A DNA stretch of 64,000 nt from Eledone cirrhosa (taxonomy: Eukaryota): NCBI GenBank assembly GCA_964016885.1, contig OZ024740.1:249178001-249242000 (forward strand). The letters run 5' to 3'. Of this stretch, positions 44,030-57,200 are shown one piece after another. Position numbers and translations under genes: made by a program. Numbering within the stretch: position 1 is the first letter of the stretch; the number at the start of each line of letters is the position of its first letter. Under the pieces are notes generated by a model. The model had not been told where the DNA came from. It saw nothing but the letters and a program-made list of their open reading frames with translations, and ran no database searches.

Positions 44030-46572
44030 CGCTGCGATCGAATGTGGTCCAGCCAATCATCTAAAATGTCTTGCACAGAGTTGGCAACCAAAACATTCAC
44101 TGGGAATAGTCGGCTGTGGTTGGAGTTCATGTACTTTTGCATGTTGCTTGAGCCCTCCTGCTGATTTACATTCTCTACCACATGTTTGGCAAGCATGATG
44201 AGTAGCATCTCCAACAGCAGCCTGGTAGTCAACCACTGGTCTTACTTTATGACTGCGAAGATGACTTTCGAGTCCAGCTTTGCTTAGGCAGATTCTCGCA
44301 CATACGCTGCATGTCAGCACCATAGGAGGACCCTCGCCGTCCGGAAGTGCAACAGCAATGCCCTTCCTCACATCCCGCTTTACTTTCTCGTATGCGATTC
44401 GAGATGCCTCAACTTCGAGAAGCCGCAGCTTTTCCCTCATATACAGTCTTTATCCATTTATTACGATCAGCAGCAATATTTTCCCATGTATCAGCAGAGA
44501 TGTTAGAGTCTTTCAAAGAGGCTTTCAAGGAATACTTATACCTCTTTTTTAGTTCATGTGGCGGTCGTATTCCTTTAACCAACTCTCCATAAAAGAGTGG
44601 TTTTGGTATTCTAGAATCCTTCATCCTGGCAAGGTGACCACTGCAACGGAGTCGTTGCTTAAGCACAAGAGCTTCTATACTGTCACACAAAGAGCTTTCC
44701 AAATCTCGACATCACTGATGTGGTCCCTCCAGTGAACGCCATGGATCCGTCTGAGACACATCTGATCGAAACGCTCCAATTGCTTAAGGTGGTGTCGATA
44801 TGTGACCCAGGTCTCGCAGGCATAAAGAAGACAAGAGAGCACACATGCCTTGTACACCTTAACCTTTGTCCTCCTGCATATGTCTCGCCGACCCCAGAGT
44901 CGACTTTCTAGCTTTCCGAAAGCATCACTGCTGCCTGAGGTTCGATATCGGATGTAAACACCATGCTCGCAATTCCTGAATGCAATACAGAAAACCATTG
45001 CAAGGTATATGGCAAACAGTGTCGGTGCTGGAATATCCCCCTGTTTCACTCCATTTTTTACTGAGATAGGCTCCGACATGTTACCTCCGACATTAACCCA
45101 AGCCTTCATGTCGTCATGGAAAGACCTAACTAAAGCAAGGAACTTATCAGGGCAACCAAGTTTCTGGAGAACCTTCCATAATGCATTTCTGTTAACAGTA
45201 TCGAAAGTTTTTGTCAGATCGACAAAAACTTGATACAGATCCAAATCTTGTCCTATGCACTTCTCCTGGAGCTGTCTAGCTGAGAAGATCATATCAGTGG
45301 TGCCGCGTCCAGCACGAAAACCAGATTGACTTTCAGGAAGAACACAATCTGCAATGTGTGTCAGCAGACGGTCCAGAAGCACCCTACATAAAACTTTCCC
45401 TACGACAGAAAGCAATGATATACCTCTGTAGTTCCCACAATCATTCCTGTTACCCTTTCTCTTGTACAAAACCACCATTACTGCATCTCTCCAGTCCTCA
45501 GGTACGGATTCATTAGCCCATATCCTGCCAAACAAAGAGTGAAGATGTTGCAGGAGTCTCTCACCACCATATTGTAGGAGCTCAGCATGTATGCCACCCA
45601 TACCTGGAGACCTTTCTACTGTTCAGCTTCGAGATAGCCACTGCAACCTCCACAAGCGTCGGAGGTTCTGCGAGAGCTATTTTCATAGGACTTTCTGGAA
45701 TGAGATTGAGGAAATCTTCACTGACGACAGACGGCTGATTCAAAAGATCATCAAAGTGCTCTCGCTACCTTCGTAGAATTCCTTGTGAGTCACGAAGAAG
45801 TTCTTTGCCATCATTGCTGCGAAGCGGTGTCACCAGAGAAGACGGTCCATAAACCTCACGTAAGAGACTGTACAACAGCTTTGTGTTATTGGAATCTGAC
45901 GCAGTTTGTATCTCACCAGCTTTCTCACTCCACCACTGATCCTTCATCTGAGAAAGACTCCGCCTAACACGTGATTCTATATCCTTGAGTTCCTCATGCA
46001 ACGTATTCCTCTCCTGTGGTTTTGCCGTCAAGTAGCGTGACAGAGCACGCCTTTTATCAGCCAACAAGTCTTCTATATGTACATCATTCTCGTTAAACCA
46101 GTCCTGATGTTTTCTCTGCACCAATCCCAGAACACGTCTGCCTACATCATAAACCGACTTTTTAAGGGTCGGCCAATCCTCACCAAGATCTGCAGCCTGC
46201 ATCTCTTCTTCCAATGTCCTCTTCATATTTTTATCCTTAAGACGAGCAGCATTCAATCTTTTGGGCAGGGCAACACCAGGTGCCCGGATTTTACGTTTAG
46301 TGATTAGTTTCACTTTTGCGCGTACCAGGCGGTGGTCCGTCCAGCACTCAGCTCCACGAAGAGCACGAACACACTGCACATCCTGTCTGTCACGCATCCT
46401 GACTAGGACGTAGTCCAAAAGATACCATTCCTTAGATGCAGGATGCATCCATGTGGTCTTGAATTTGCTCTTTTTTTGGAACATGGTGTTGGTAACACAC
46501 AGACCCAGCTTCTCACACATCTTTAGCAGGAGCATACCATTGTTGTTACACTTTCCCACCCCTAGCCTTCCG
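44030..46572 (-). mobile_element. RTE-clade LINE, 5'-truncated, internal RT deletion, C-terminal C2H2 fingers
   Basis: TTWMHP..LLDYVLV..WTDHRLV (APE), NYRGISLL, FVDLTKTFD, GVKQG, LYACETW and CSVC..HLRSH; YADD segment missing. Confidence 0.88.
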
Positions 46573-46630
46573 ATTGGTAGAGTACAGATGATTCTTTATT
46601 ATCTTGAAGGTCTCGCCAGTGTTCATTTAT

Positions 46631-47674
<1,044 letters not shown>

Positions 47675-48099
47675 ATTCCTTTCTTTGTTTCTGTGCCTCT
47701 CCTTTGTTCTGTCCTACGCCATTTTGTTTCTGTGTGTGTGTTGTGTGCTCAGTCTGCGCATGCGCCACATCCGTGTGTGTTTATGTTCATTTATCTATTT
47801 GTTTATTTACATGTTACTGGTTGGTTGTTTGTTCTATGTGTGTGTGTGTTTTCATTTTGTCCTTAATTGTAAGTTGTGATGTTGCTGTTCCACTCATATT
47901 TTCTATTTAATTTTGGTTGTAATTCTTTTATGTTTATTGCTTCTGTAATTTGTCTAAACATTGCATCTTTTCTGTGTGTAGATTCTATTTTTATTTCTAT
48001 GTTCTCTAATTTACCCTTGTGTTCTATCTTAGCATGTTGGTAGAGTACAGATGATTCTTTATTATCTTGAAGGTCTCGCCAGTGTTCATTTATCCGTTC

Positions 48100-48545
48100 T
48101 TATATATAGTCATAGTTCTTTCGTCACACACTCTGTGACCTCTTCAGTGACTGGGGATAAATGAACACTGGCGAGACCTTCAAGATAATAAAGAATCATC
48201 TGTACTCTACCAATCGGAAGGCTAGGGGTGGGAAAGTGTAACAACAATGGTATGCTCCTGCTAAAGATGTGTGAGAAGCTGGGTCTGTGTGTTACCAACA
48301 CCATGCTCCAAAAAAAGAGCAAATTCAAGACCACATGGATGCATCCTGCATCTAAGGAATGGTATCTTTTGGACTACGTCCTAGTCAGGATGCGTGACAG
48401 ACAGGATGTGCAGTGTGTTCGTGCTCTTCGTGGAGCTGAGTGCTGGACGGACCACCGCCTGGTACGCGCAAAAGTGAAACTAATCACTAAACGTAAAATC
48501 CGGGCACCTGGTGTTGCCCTGCCCAAAAGATTGAATGCTGCTCGT
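48100..48545 (+). repeat. Inverted duplicate of 46242-46686 (hammerhead plus adjacent RTE endonuclease segment)
   Basis: ORF 48228 repeats the N-terminus of ORF 45765-46559 (MFQ vs MLQ). Confidence 0.88.
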
Positions 48546-48611
48546 ATGTATATATATGTATATATATATATATATGTATGTATATATATGTATACATATA
48601 TATATGTATAC

Positions 48612-48645
<34 letters not shown>

Positions 48646-48684
48646 ACATATATATATGTATACATATATATATATATATATATA

Positions 48685-49044
48685 TAATAACTAGAAATTG
48701 ATTAACATATATATATACATGAATAATCACAGGAGATAATGTTTACAAGCGTGTAACCACGCTTGGCTAGTTGGGTAACAAATGAATAAAGTTGACTACA
48801 ACTTCAAAAATATATACCTTTAAGTATGATTAATCTTCCCTGTATATATCCCATTAAAGAAATATATTTCACCAATTAATCAGATGGTAAGTCACGGAAA
48901 GTGGATATTATTGGATTGTCAACAAGGAAGAATAATGTCCAGCGATCCATGCTCACACAGCGAGTTCAAATCCTCATCTGGCCGCTACCACGTGTTGTGT
49001 CTACACATCACAGCAGCGTCGTTTCATATATATCTATACACACA

Positions 49045-49076
<32 letters not shown>

Positions 49077-49137
49077 CATATATATACATATATATATACA
49101 TATATATATACATATATATATATACATATGTATATAC

Positions 49138-49170
<33 letters not shown>

Positions 49171-49985
49171 ATAACTAGGAATTGATCAACATATATATAA
49201 ATAAATATAAACATGAAAAATCACAGGAAATAATTTCTACAAGCGTGTAACCACGCATGGCTAGAAGGTAACAAATAAATAAAGTTAACTAGAACTTCAA
49301 AAATATATACCTTTTAATGATTAATCTTCCCTGTATATATTTCATTAAAGAAATATATTTCACCAATTAATCAGATGGTAAGTCACGGAAAGTGGATATT
49401 ATTAGATTATCAACAAGGAAGAATAATATCAAGCGATCCATGTTTACACTTCGAGTCAAAATCTTAAACTGGCCGTTACCACGTGTTGATATTACACATC
49501 ACAGCGGCTTCGTTTCAGTGGCGTGAATAGGTATTCGACAACTAGAAATAGCAGTCAATTCCCTTCAACAGAGTTAGCTCTACAATTAAGGAGAAGTATT
49601 TATATATCTATATCCAAAATTAAGATAGATTAAAAGAATTCAATCACAATCGAAATTGTGGGTGTCATTCCTTAACAGAATGCGCCATATCGCCCGGAAA
49701 ATAAGCTCTAGGACTTTGAAGGTACGAGCATTTAATAATAACTAGGAATTGATCAACATATATATAAATAAATATAAACATGAAAAATCACAGGAGATAA
49801 TTTCTACAAGCGTGTAACCACGCATGGCTAGTAGGTAACAAGTAAATAAAGTTAACTATAACTTCAAAAATATATACCTTTTAATGATTAATCCGGGCGA
49901 TATGGCGCATTCCGTTAATGAATGACACCCACAGTTTCGATTCTGATTGAATTCTTTTAATCTATCTTAATTTTGGATATAGATA
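48685..49985. repeat. Unclassified repeat: three direct copies (48685, 49168, 49735) plus an inverted segment (49605-49706 vs 49893-49985)
   Basis: Shared taataactag..acaagcgtgtaaccacgc..cttcaaaaatatatacc; embedded in (TA)n. Confidence 0.7.
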
Positions 49986-50094
49986 TATATATATACATAT
50001 ATATATACATATATATATACATATATATATACATACATATATACATACATATATACATATATATATACGTATATATATATATATATATACATAC

Positions 50095-50201
<107 letters not shown>

Positions 50202-50292
50202 CACATATATATATACATATATATATACATATATATACATATATATATACATACATATATATATACATATATATACATATATATATACATAC

Positions 50293-50389
<97 letters not shown>

Positions 50390-50418
50390 CATATATATAT
50401 ATATACATACATATATAT

Positions 50419-50457
<39 letters not shown>

Positions 50458-50461
50458 CATA

Positions 50462-50511
<50 letters not shown>

Positions 50512-50548
50512 CATACATATATATATACATACATATATATATACATAC

Positions 50549-50579
<31 letters not shown>

Positions 50580-50846
50580 CATATATATACATACATATCC
50601 TAAACGGACAGTAGTCTGTTTAGTAATATTGTTGTGGTCGTGTTTTCGTTGGCAATCGTCTGTTTACGACAGTACAGCGCGGCTCTACTTTATTTAACTG
50701 AGATAAAACTTATATGAGCATAAACAGTAGATCATTACGCATCTTTTAGCTTAAAAATCTAGAAATTTGGTCCAGCGGGAAAAAGTTTATAATCAAAGTT
50801 TGCTGATAAATCTTGTGTTCAAGTGAGTGAGTAGTAAGCGTGACGC

Positions 50847-50977
50847 TAGGGGAGGTAATCCAGAAATGACGAATTTTTTTCGGCGGAACTCTTGTGATTG
50901 TGATTACGTTAGTCAAATGTAGTCAAATCGCCGAATGCCCTCCTCCTAATTGACTACGTCATTTCTGAACGGCCCTA
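50847..50977. mobile_element. Possible small PIF/Harbinger-like MITE
   Basis: Imperfect TIRs taggg..cagaaatgacg / cgtcatttctg..cccta. Confidence 0.3.
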
Positions 50978-51810
50978 CTTGCGTCAGTGTGAAACATTAC
51001 TTCACTTTTCACTGCTAAAATGCTTTTTAAATACTTCGTTAAAAATTTATGTTTATTATCACAGCTATTTTTTGTACCAATCTATCAATAGTTTGCGAAA
51101 ATATAGGTAAACATGTGAGTCAAATTTTTTTTAATCGCATCGATCGCTTTGTCGCACCGACTGTGACACTGTCTGACTGTCTGTCTGACTGACACCTTTG
51201 TCGGACCGACACCTTTGTTCAAGCGGACAACTTTGTGTCACTGACACCTTTGTTCGTGCCGGCATCTCTGCGAAACACCGATGACAACAACCAGACCAAA
51301 ATTTCATTTCATTCTTCATTCTTCTTCAAGACCGATCGCCGACCGATCGTATCGGTTGCTCTTCATATACCAGGTATTCAACAGATAGTTTGCACTTCTA
51401 GTATTATTAACAGTCGTGCGATTTTTTGTACCGATAGGTGCGAATAGTGCGCTATATTTTTGTACCGATAGGTGCGAATAGTGTACAATATTTTCTGAGA
51501 TTTGCATCCACTAATTTCGCTTAATTAAAAATGATGTTTCGCGGCTTTTTGATCGGCTTATTCATTTTTTCCATGGCACGGAAATGGAGTATTTCCATTT
51601 CGAATCAAAACTTTTCACTAAAATCGGGCAATTGGACTGATCAAATTCACATTCATGCCAGTTTTTACAAATCCATAATTAGAAATGTGGCGAAATCGAA
51701 TGACCAGAAGGTATAAAAATATTAATTCAAATGTATTTACTTATCATACCAACAAAAATACTTAGATATTTTGTATACCTGGGGCTCGTCAGGGCCAGGT
51801 AATGTTAATA

Positions 51811-52323
51811 GCCAACATTGTTATCTGTTGTCCTTTTGTGAAAGTATTGGTGGTTCATGTCGGCTCTAATGATCTGAATCCTCGTCACACCGTTGACACT
51901 ACAAAGCTGTGCAAAGTAATACAATAATTTTTGCCCAAGTATTTTTTATTAATCATTTATTTGTAAATTAAGGACAAAGTGCCCATTCGAGGCACAAAAC
52001 CGGAAAAACAGGGGAAGAGTCTCTTTGCAAGGCTACAGAAAATAGCGGAAAAGCACCACTATACACCCATTTTCTACAGTGGTGTCATTCCACGCCCACA
52101 AAGTGTAATTGAAAATAAAAATGACTTGCGCAAGAGAAATTCTCGTTTGGAAAAGTTTAATTACTGAAAGAAATGATTCAAAAAATTGAACTTGCCCAAT
52201 CTTCACAACATTGAAAATTGGTCAAAATTTGACAAATCTGACTTCAAACCAGATATGATTCATTTGAACAATGTCGGAAATCTTAAATTGACACACATTT
52301 TTGCCAATGTTTTTGCCACCTGA
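51811..52323 (+). pseudogene. SGNH/GDSL-hydrolase-like remnant with a 57-nt GT-AG intron (51916-51972) and two internal TGA codons
   Basis: VVHVGSNDL (block III), YSGVIPR and PDMIHLNNVG (block V) in one frame; AATAAA at 52361; catalytic GDS block not seen. Confidence 0.6.
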
Positions 52324-52503
52324 TCCTTGTTCTATGGATGACTGACTAATTTTGTGACTTAATAAAATGTCATCATACTAGTAATGCACAATGGTCATTT
52401 TTAAATTTAAATTTTATTAAATAGTTGTTGCTTGTATTGCCTTAAAATAGTAACAAGAATGTACACATACTTTTTTAAAATACATCATTATCAGTCAAAT
52501 CAG

Positions 52504-52864
52504 TCAAATGTCACTAAAAGCCAGGTGGTCGATAACAACTTCTATAAGATTAGTTACATGCTCAAACATTGGATCACCTCTCATCAATGGCATTGGGTGT
52601 CTGAGATAATCGTGAAGATAACTGATGAAGTCACAAATGAAGTGATGGTCTTCCAGTGTGAACAACTCCCTATACCCATTGATATATGTGATGGCTTCCG
52701 ATTCATAGGTGCATTTTATGAGGAATTCCATGCATCCGATTTTCAGTGATTCAATGGGCATTTTATCAGAGATGATAAGGTATTTGACCACGTTTTGCTT
52801 TGTAAGTAAATTGGAGAGAATCACTGCAGTCAAAGTCATTTCTTTGCATGGGTTTTTGTCCATT
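52504..52864 (-). CDS. Probable terminal exon with a BACK/SPOP-C-like motif (BTB-family protein)
   Basis: LTKQNVVKYLIISDKMPIESLKIGCMEFL fits the BACK helical pattern; ttttag acceptor upstream; minus-strand AATAAA near 52413. Confidence 0.4.
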
Positions 52865-53016
52865 CTAAAAAGTTAAAATGATAAAGTATTACTACTATAT
52901 AACTTACATCTATTGTTGTAACACGATTGAAATGCACAAGTTTCACCAATTCACTATTATGCACTAATCATCTCAAATGCATTCATGATTTACTAGCTTT
53001 GTCATTAAGCCAGTTG

Positions 53017-53216
53017 NNNNNNNNNNNNNNNNNNNNNNNNNNNNNNNNNNNNNNNNNNNNNNNNNNNNNNNNNNNNNNNNNNNNNNNNNNNNNNNNNNNN
53101 NNNNNNNNNNNNNNNNNNNNNNNNNNNNNNNNNNNNNNNNNNNNNNNNNNNNNNNNNNNNNNNNNNNNNNNNNNNNNNNNNNNNNNNNNNNNNNNNNNNN
53201 NNNNNNNNNNNNNNNN
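53017..53216. other. Assembly gap (200 N)
   Basis: Run of N. Confidence 1.
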
Positions 53217-53539
53217 AATGATATTACCTATTTTTATGGGGACCAAGTAGCAACCAATGATTGTAGTGCCATATAAATACATGTTTTTTATAGCTATCTT
53301 TGTAGTTTTTTATAAATTAATGAACAACAAATTAATTTAAACAGCTTCTTTCAAAGTTAAATTAAAATCGACCATACTGTATATCCTACTATTGAAATAA
53401 TACCAGGAATGGCACATTATTATTATCTCTCATTACTTGGAAACATTATACAAGCAACCTCTGATCTTCAATTTCATAAAAAGTAAAGCCAGCTTTGCCA
53501 AAATTTGAACTCTGGACAAGGCCTCAAATTTGATACTGT

Positions 53540-53795
53540 AAAGTGATCATGGTGGCAACACAACAAAAAGTGCCCAGCCTCACTGTAAAGTGGTCATGTA
53601 GGTGTCATGATAAAAAGCACCCAGTGCATACTGTAAATGTGGTTAGCATTATGAAGAGCAGCCAACAGTACAAACCAAGCTAGAAACAGTTCTGAGTGAG
53701 CAAGATGTGGTCATCTGACCTGGCTTATCTCACAATGGAATGGTTCATCTAACCCATGCTAGCATGGAAAAATGGACGTTAAACGGTGATGACGA
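53540..53795 (+). mobile_element. Decayed RTE-type 3' tail repeat
   Basis: Repeated ctgtaaagtgg..aaaaagcaccca units ending acccatgctagcatggaaaaatggacgttaaacggtgatga, related to 55310-55450. Confidence 0.5.
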
Positions 53796-55101
53796 TAAAG
53801 CATTTGACCTAGATTCTTACTGTCAAGTCCAATTGTATCATCCTCAATATTTTAACTTTTTTGTTTCTATATTTCCACATGTTTAAATTAATTTGAAAAT
53901 AATCAAAAATTTAAAGGTACTTAATAAAATAAATGTTTTTCATTAATACGCTTATGTTTACGACATTTCGCAAAGAATGGCTCTTGCCAGACTTTTTGTA
54001 AAAATATAAAAACTTTAAAATGAACTGTTTTGTATCATGATCTGAAGTAGATTGGCACCAAAAGAATTAATATGCAAAATCCATTAAAAAATGTCCATTT
54101 CTTGTTAATTGTTGCTTAAGATCCATTTGATACTAACCCAACCAAAACTGCCTGTTTCTATGTTTCTTCCGTTTATCCTTTTAGTACTTAGGCCTTTTTA
54201 GCTATACAGCGAAAAACAATAGAACATGTTAACTCTTAACAGCCTGTAATGGTTTAGCAGAAAATATCAAGAAACTGGTCTGTTAATTGAAATGTTTATA
54301 GTATCTTTATTAATGGACAAATTGTTGTGAAAATGCTTGCATGAGTTGGACAGGTATCAAAATACATTTTTGCCATATCATTTGAAAGTTTTTGTATTTC
54401 CACACATTTACGTTTGTCTCATTTTTGAAAACAATAGTCATGAAGAGGACTTGTTTTGCTTTATTTTGACATAGAAATTGAAGAGATAATCGTTATGAAA
54501 TATAAAAGTGAAAATTTTAATTTTCACTTAAAAAAAACATATTTTCAAGATTTTTATAAAATTTCTCACAAATTCATTACAGCCATTGCCGATTCTAACC
54601 ATGAGATGACGCAAAAGCACAAAGTCAATAAAAAGGGGAATACTACAGATCTTATAACGCATATTGAGGCTACCTGTCAAAATGCCATGAGAGCTAAGAC
54701 AGAACAGGATTCCAAGGCTTCAAATATCAAGTTTGAACCAGAATTTCAAGAAATGAATAAGCTAATTGTTACACAAGTCTTCTAGAGCCCAACATTAGCA
54801 TTAATAACACTTATTTATTACTAAACAATCCTGTTATAAAGTGTTATGATATTTATCAATAAAATTATTCAATTTTATTTAATTATTAATGAAACTTTCT
54901 CAGAATTGCATGTAGACCTAGATTAAAAACAAACAAAATGTGAAAACTAATTCCTGTAACTCGTTAGGGAAAAAAAACCAATCGACACTACTTGTGAAAA
55001 TGTAAACACAGAAATTATCCTACAGTATTCAAAATCAGAAAAAAAATATCACATCGGACTTTAACTTTTAGCACACTATTGACGACTTCATGCAGGCACA
55101 T

Positions 55102-55450
55102 GGAGGCACATGGCTTAGTGGTTAGAGCATTGGCCTTGCAATCGAAAAGTTGTGAGTTCAATTCTCAGACCGGGTGATGTGTTGTTTCCTTGAGCAAGAC
55201 ACTTTATTTCACATTGCTCCAGTTTACTCAGCTGTAGAAATGAGATGATAGGGACTGGGGTCGATATCATTCCATTGCAAAGTGGTCGTGGAGGTGCCAC
55301 GGCAAATTAGCACCCAGCACTCACTATAAATGAGGTTGGTGTTAGGAAGGGCATCCAGCTGTAGAAATCAAGCCAGAATCAGTTCCCGTCCCACCCTTGC
55401 AAGCAGGGAAAAGCGAACGTAAAATGATGATGATGATGATGATGATGATG
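55102..55450 (+). mobile_element. tRNA-derived SINE (family B) followed by an RTE-type tail with (ATG)n
   Basis: A box tggcttagtgg, B box gagttcaattc, ccttgagcaagacactt core, tail ggaagggcatccagctgtagaaa..(atg)n. Confidence 0.75.
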
Positions 55451-55579
55451 CACCATAGAGTAATCTTTATGGATTCTATTCGGGTAATGAATTTTTATGA
55501 TTTACACAAGCTGATAATTGATGGTAAAGTAGTAGATGCTCTGGAAAACAGTGTAACTTGTGGATATGCTCATCTTTAG

Positions 55580-57050
55580 TTGATAGATTTTTCGGAGAGA
55601 ACTGGGTCCAAAGACGTGCCTGATGGCATTTCCGAAGACCAACTCTTTTGTCTGTTTTTTACAGATGAAATAATTTCATTTCTTGTTAATGAAACAAATA
55701 AATATGCCAGCCAGGTGAAAGAAATGAGGTGCACATGCTGGTACTCATTCGTATATCAACATGTGGAGAAAGGTTACTTTCGAGGAGATTAAGGCTTTTG
55801 CAGCAATTATTCTTTTGATTGGGATAAGCAAAACGCTTATCATTTGATCTGTACTGGACTACAGATCACCTTATTCAGATGGTAGGCTTCCGTAACATCA
55901 TGGCAAGGGAAAGATTCTTTAAAATTCTATCCTTTTTGCATATTTCGGACAACACAACATCAAAATCAAGAAATCACCCTGAGCATGATAGAGCTTAGAC
56001 CATCTGGCCGCTGTTTGAAAAACTTGTGCCACTTTGGCAAAAATATTTTTATCCTGGAAAGGAGCTGTCGGTGGATGAAAGTATGATTCCTTTTAAAGGA
56101 AAGACAAGCCTGCTGATGCCAGCAAAACCAACCAAGTGGGGTCTCAAAGCCTGGGGCCTGGCTGATGCAAAAAGCGAGTACATGTATAACTGGCAGCTAT
56201 ACTTGGGCCGAGAAACAAGCCAGACATCAAGGACAATTGGAGTTGCACATCAAGTGATCACTTCCCTCTCGGAAAAAATATACCATAAGGGACATGTAAT
56301 CTACATGGACAATTTTTTTCCACACCTTGGCCAAACAGGACAGGAGCGTGCAGTACACTACTTGTAAACTGCCAGTGTGTGCCCAGTGAAATCAAGGCAG
56401 CGAGACTCCGAGCAGGCAATCCCCCCCATCACACAGAGAGATGACCACATTCTGTACATTTCATGGTGTGATAGATAGAAGGCAAGTGAACCTTTTAACA
56501 ACTGCCCACTCTGCTGAGACCTTCCAAACTGAGTTCGTTCAAAACTACATGAGGGCCATATTCGAATTATGTACAAAACTTGTGCTATACAGTCCTACTC
56601 TCAGTATATGGGGGGAGTAGACAGAGTGGACAAACAGATGACTTATTACATGGTGCAGTACAGATGTACCAAGGGGTGGAAGAAAGTTTTCTTCTACCTC
56701 TTCAAAGTATGTTTCTGTAAAGCCAAATCAACTCGCCGGAACCTTACTGAAGAATTCAGGCTGAAAATTGTGCATTCTTTACTGAAAGGGTTACCAGTCA
56801 GATGTGTCTCACAGGAGAGGGAGGAGGAGAGGAGATCCCCAGAAAGGATGATATTGATGGCCCACTAGCTCGTCATCAACCCCAGGCGCCTAAATTCCGG
56901 AAGGCCTCCTCACTCAAACTGTGTTGTGTGTTCCAACAGTGAGAAGAAGCGCCACCAGGCCTAGTTTGTGTGCTGAAAGTGTGCTGCAGCACTCTGCCCA
57001 TATCCCTGCTTCCAGAGGTTGCACAGTCTGATGGATTACTTGATAAACTT
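55580..57050 (+). pseudogene. piggyBac (PGBD-type) transposase, fragmented
   Basis: LFFTDEI..VNETNKYA, LSVDESMIPFKG, KPTKWGLK, IYMDNFF, YMGGVDRVD, WKKVFFY and a Cys-rich end. Confidence 0.88.
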
Positions 57051-57200
57051 GACTGCACCCCAGAATGTTTATATTTTCACAAGTAGTGCCAATTCGTTTT
57101 CTCTCTCAGCCCCTAATGAGTTTGCTTACAGGAATTAGTTTTCAGATTTTGATTTATTTTTAATCTATGTCTACATGCAATTCTGAGAAAGTTTCATTAA

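Noticed and set aside
52165-52176. Sec or readthrough at two TGA codons in the SGNH frame
   Set aside because: Simple nonsense decay is more parsimonious and the N-terminus is missing.
54456-54785. 109-aa ORF as a host exon
   Set aside because: No recognisable motif; splice signals not convincing enough to call.
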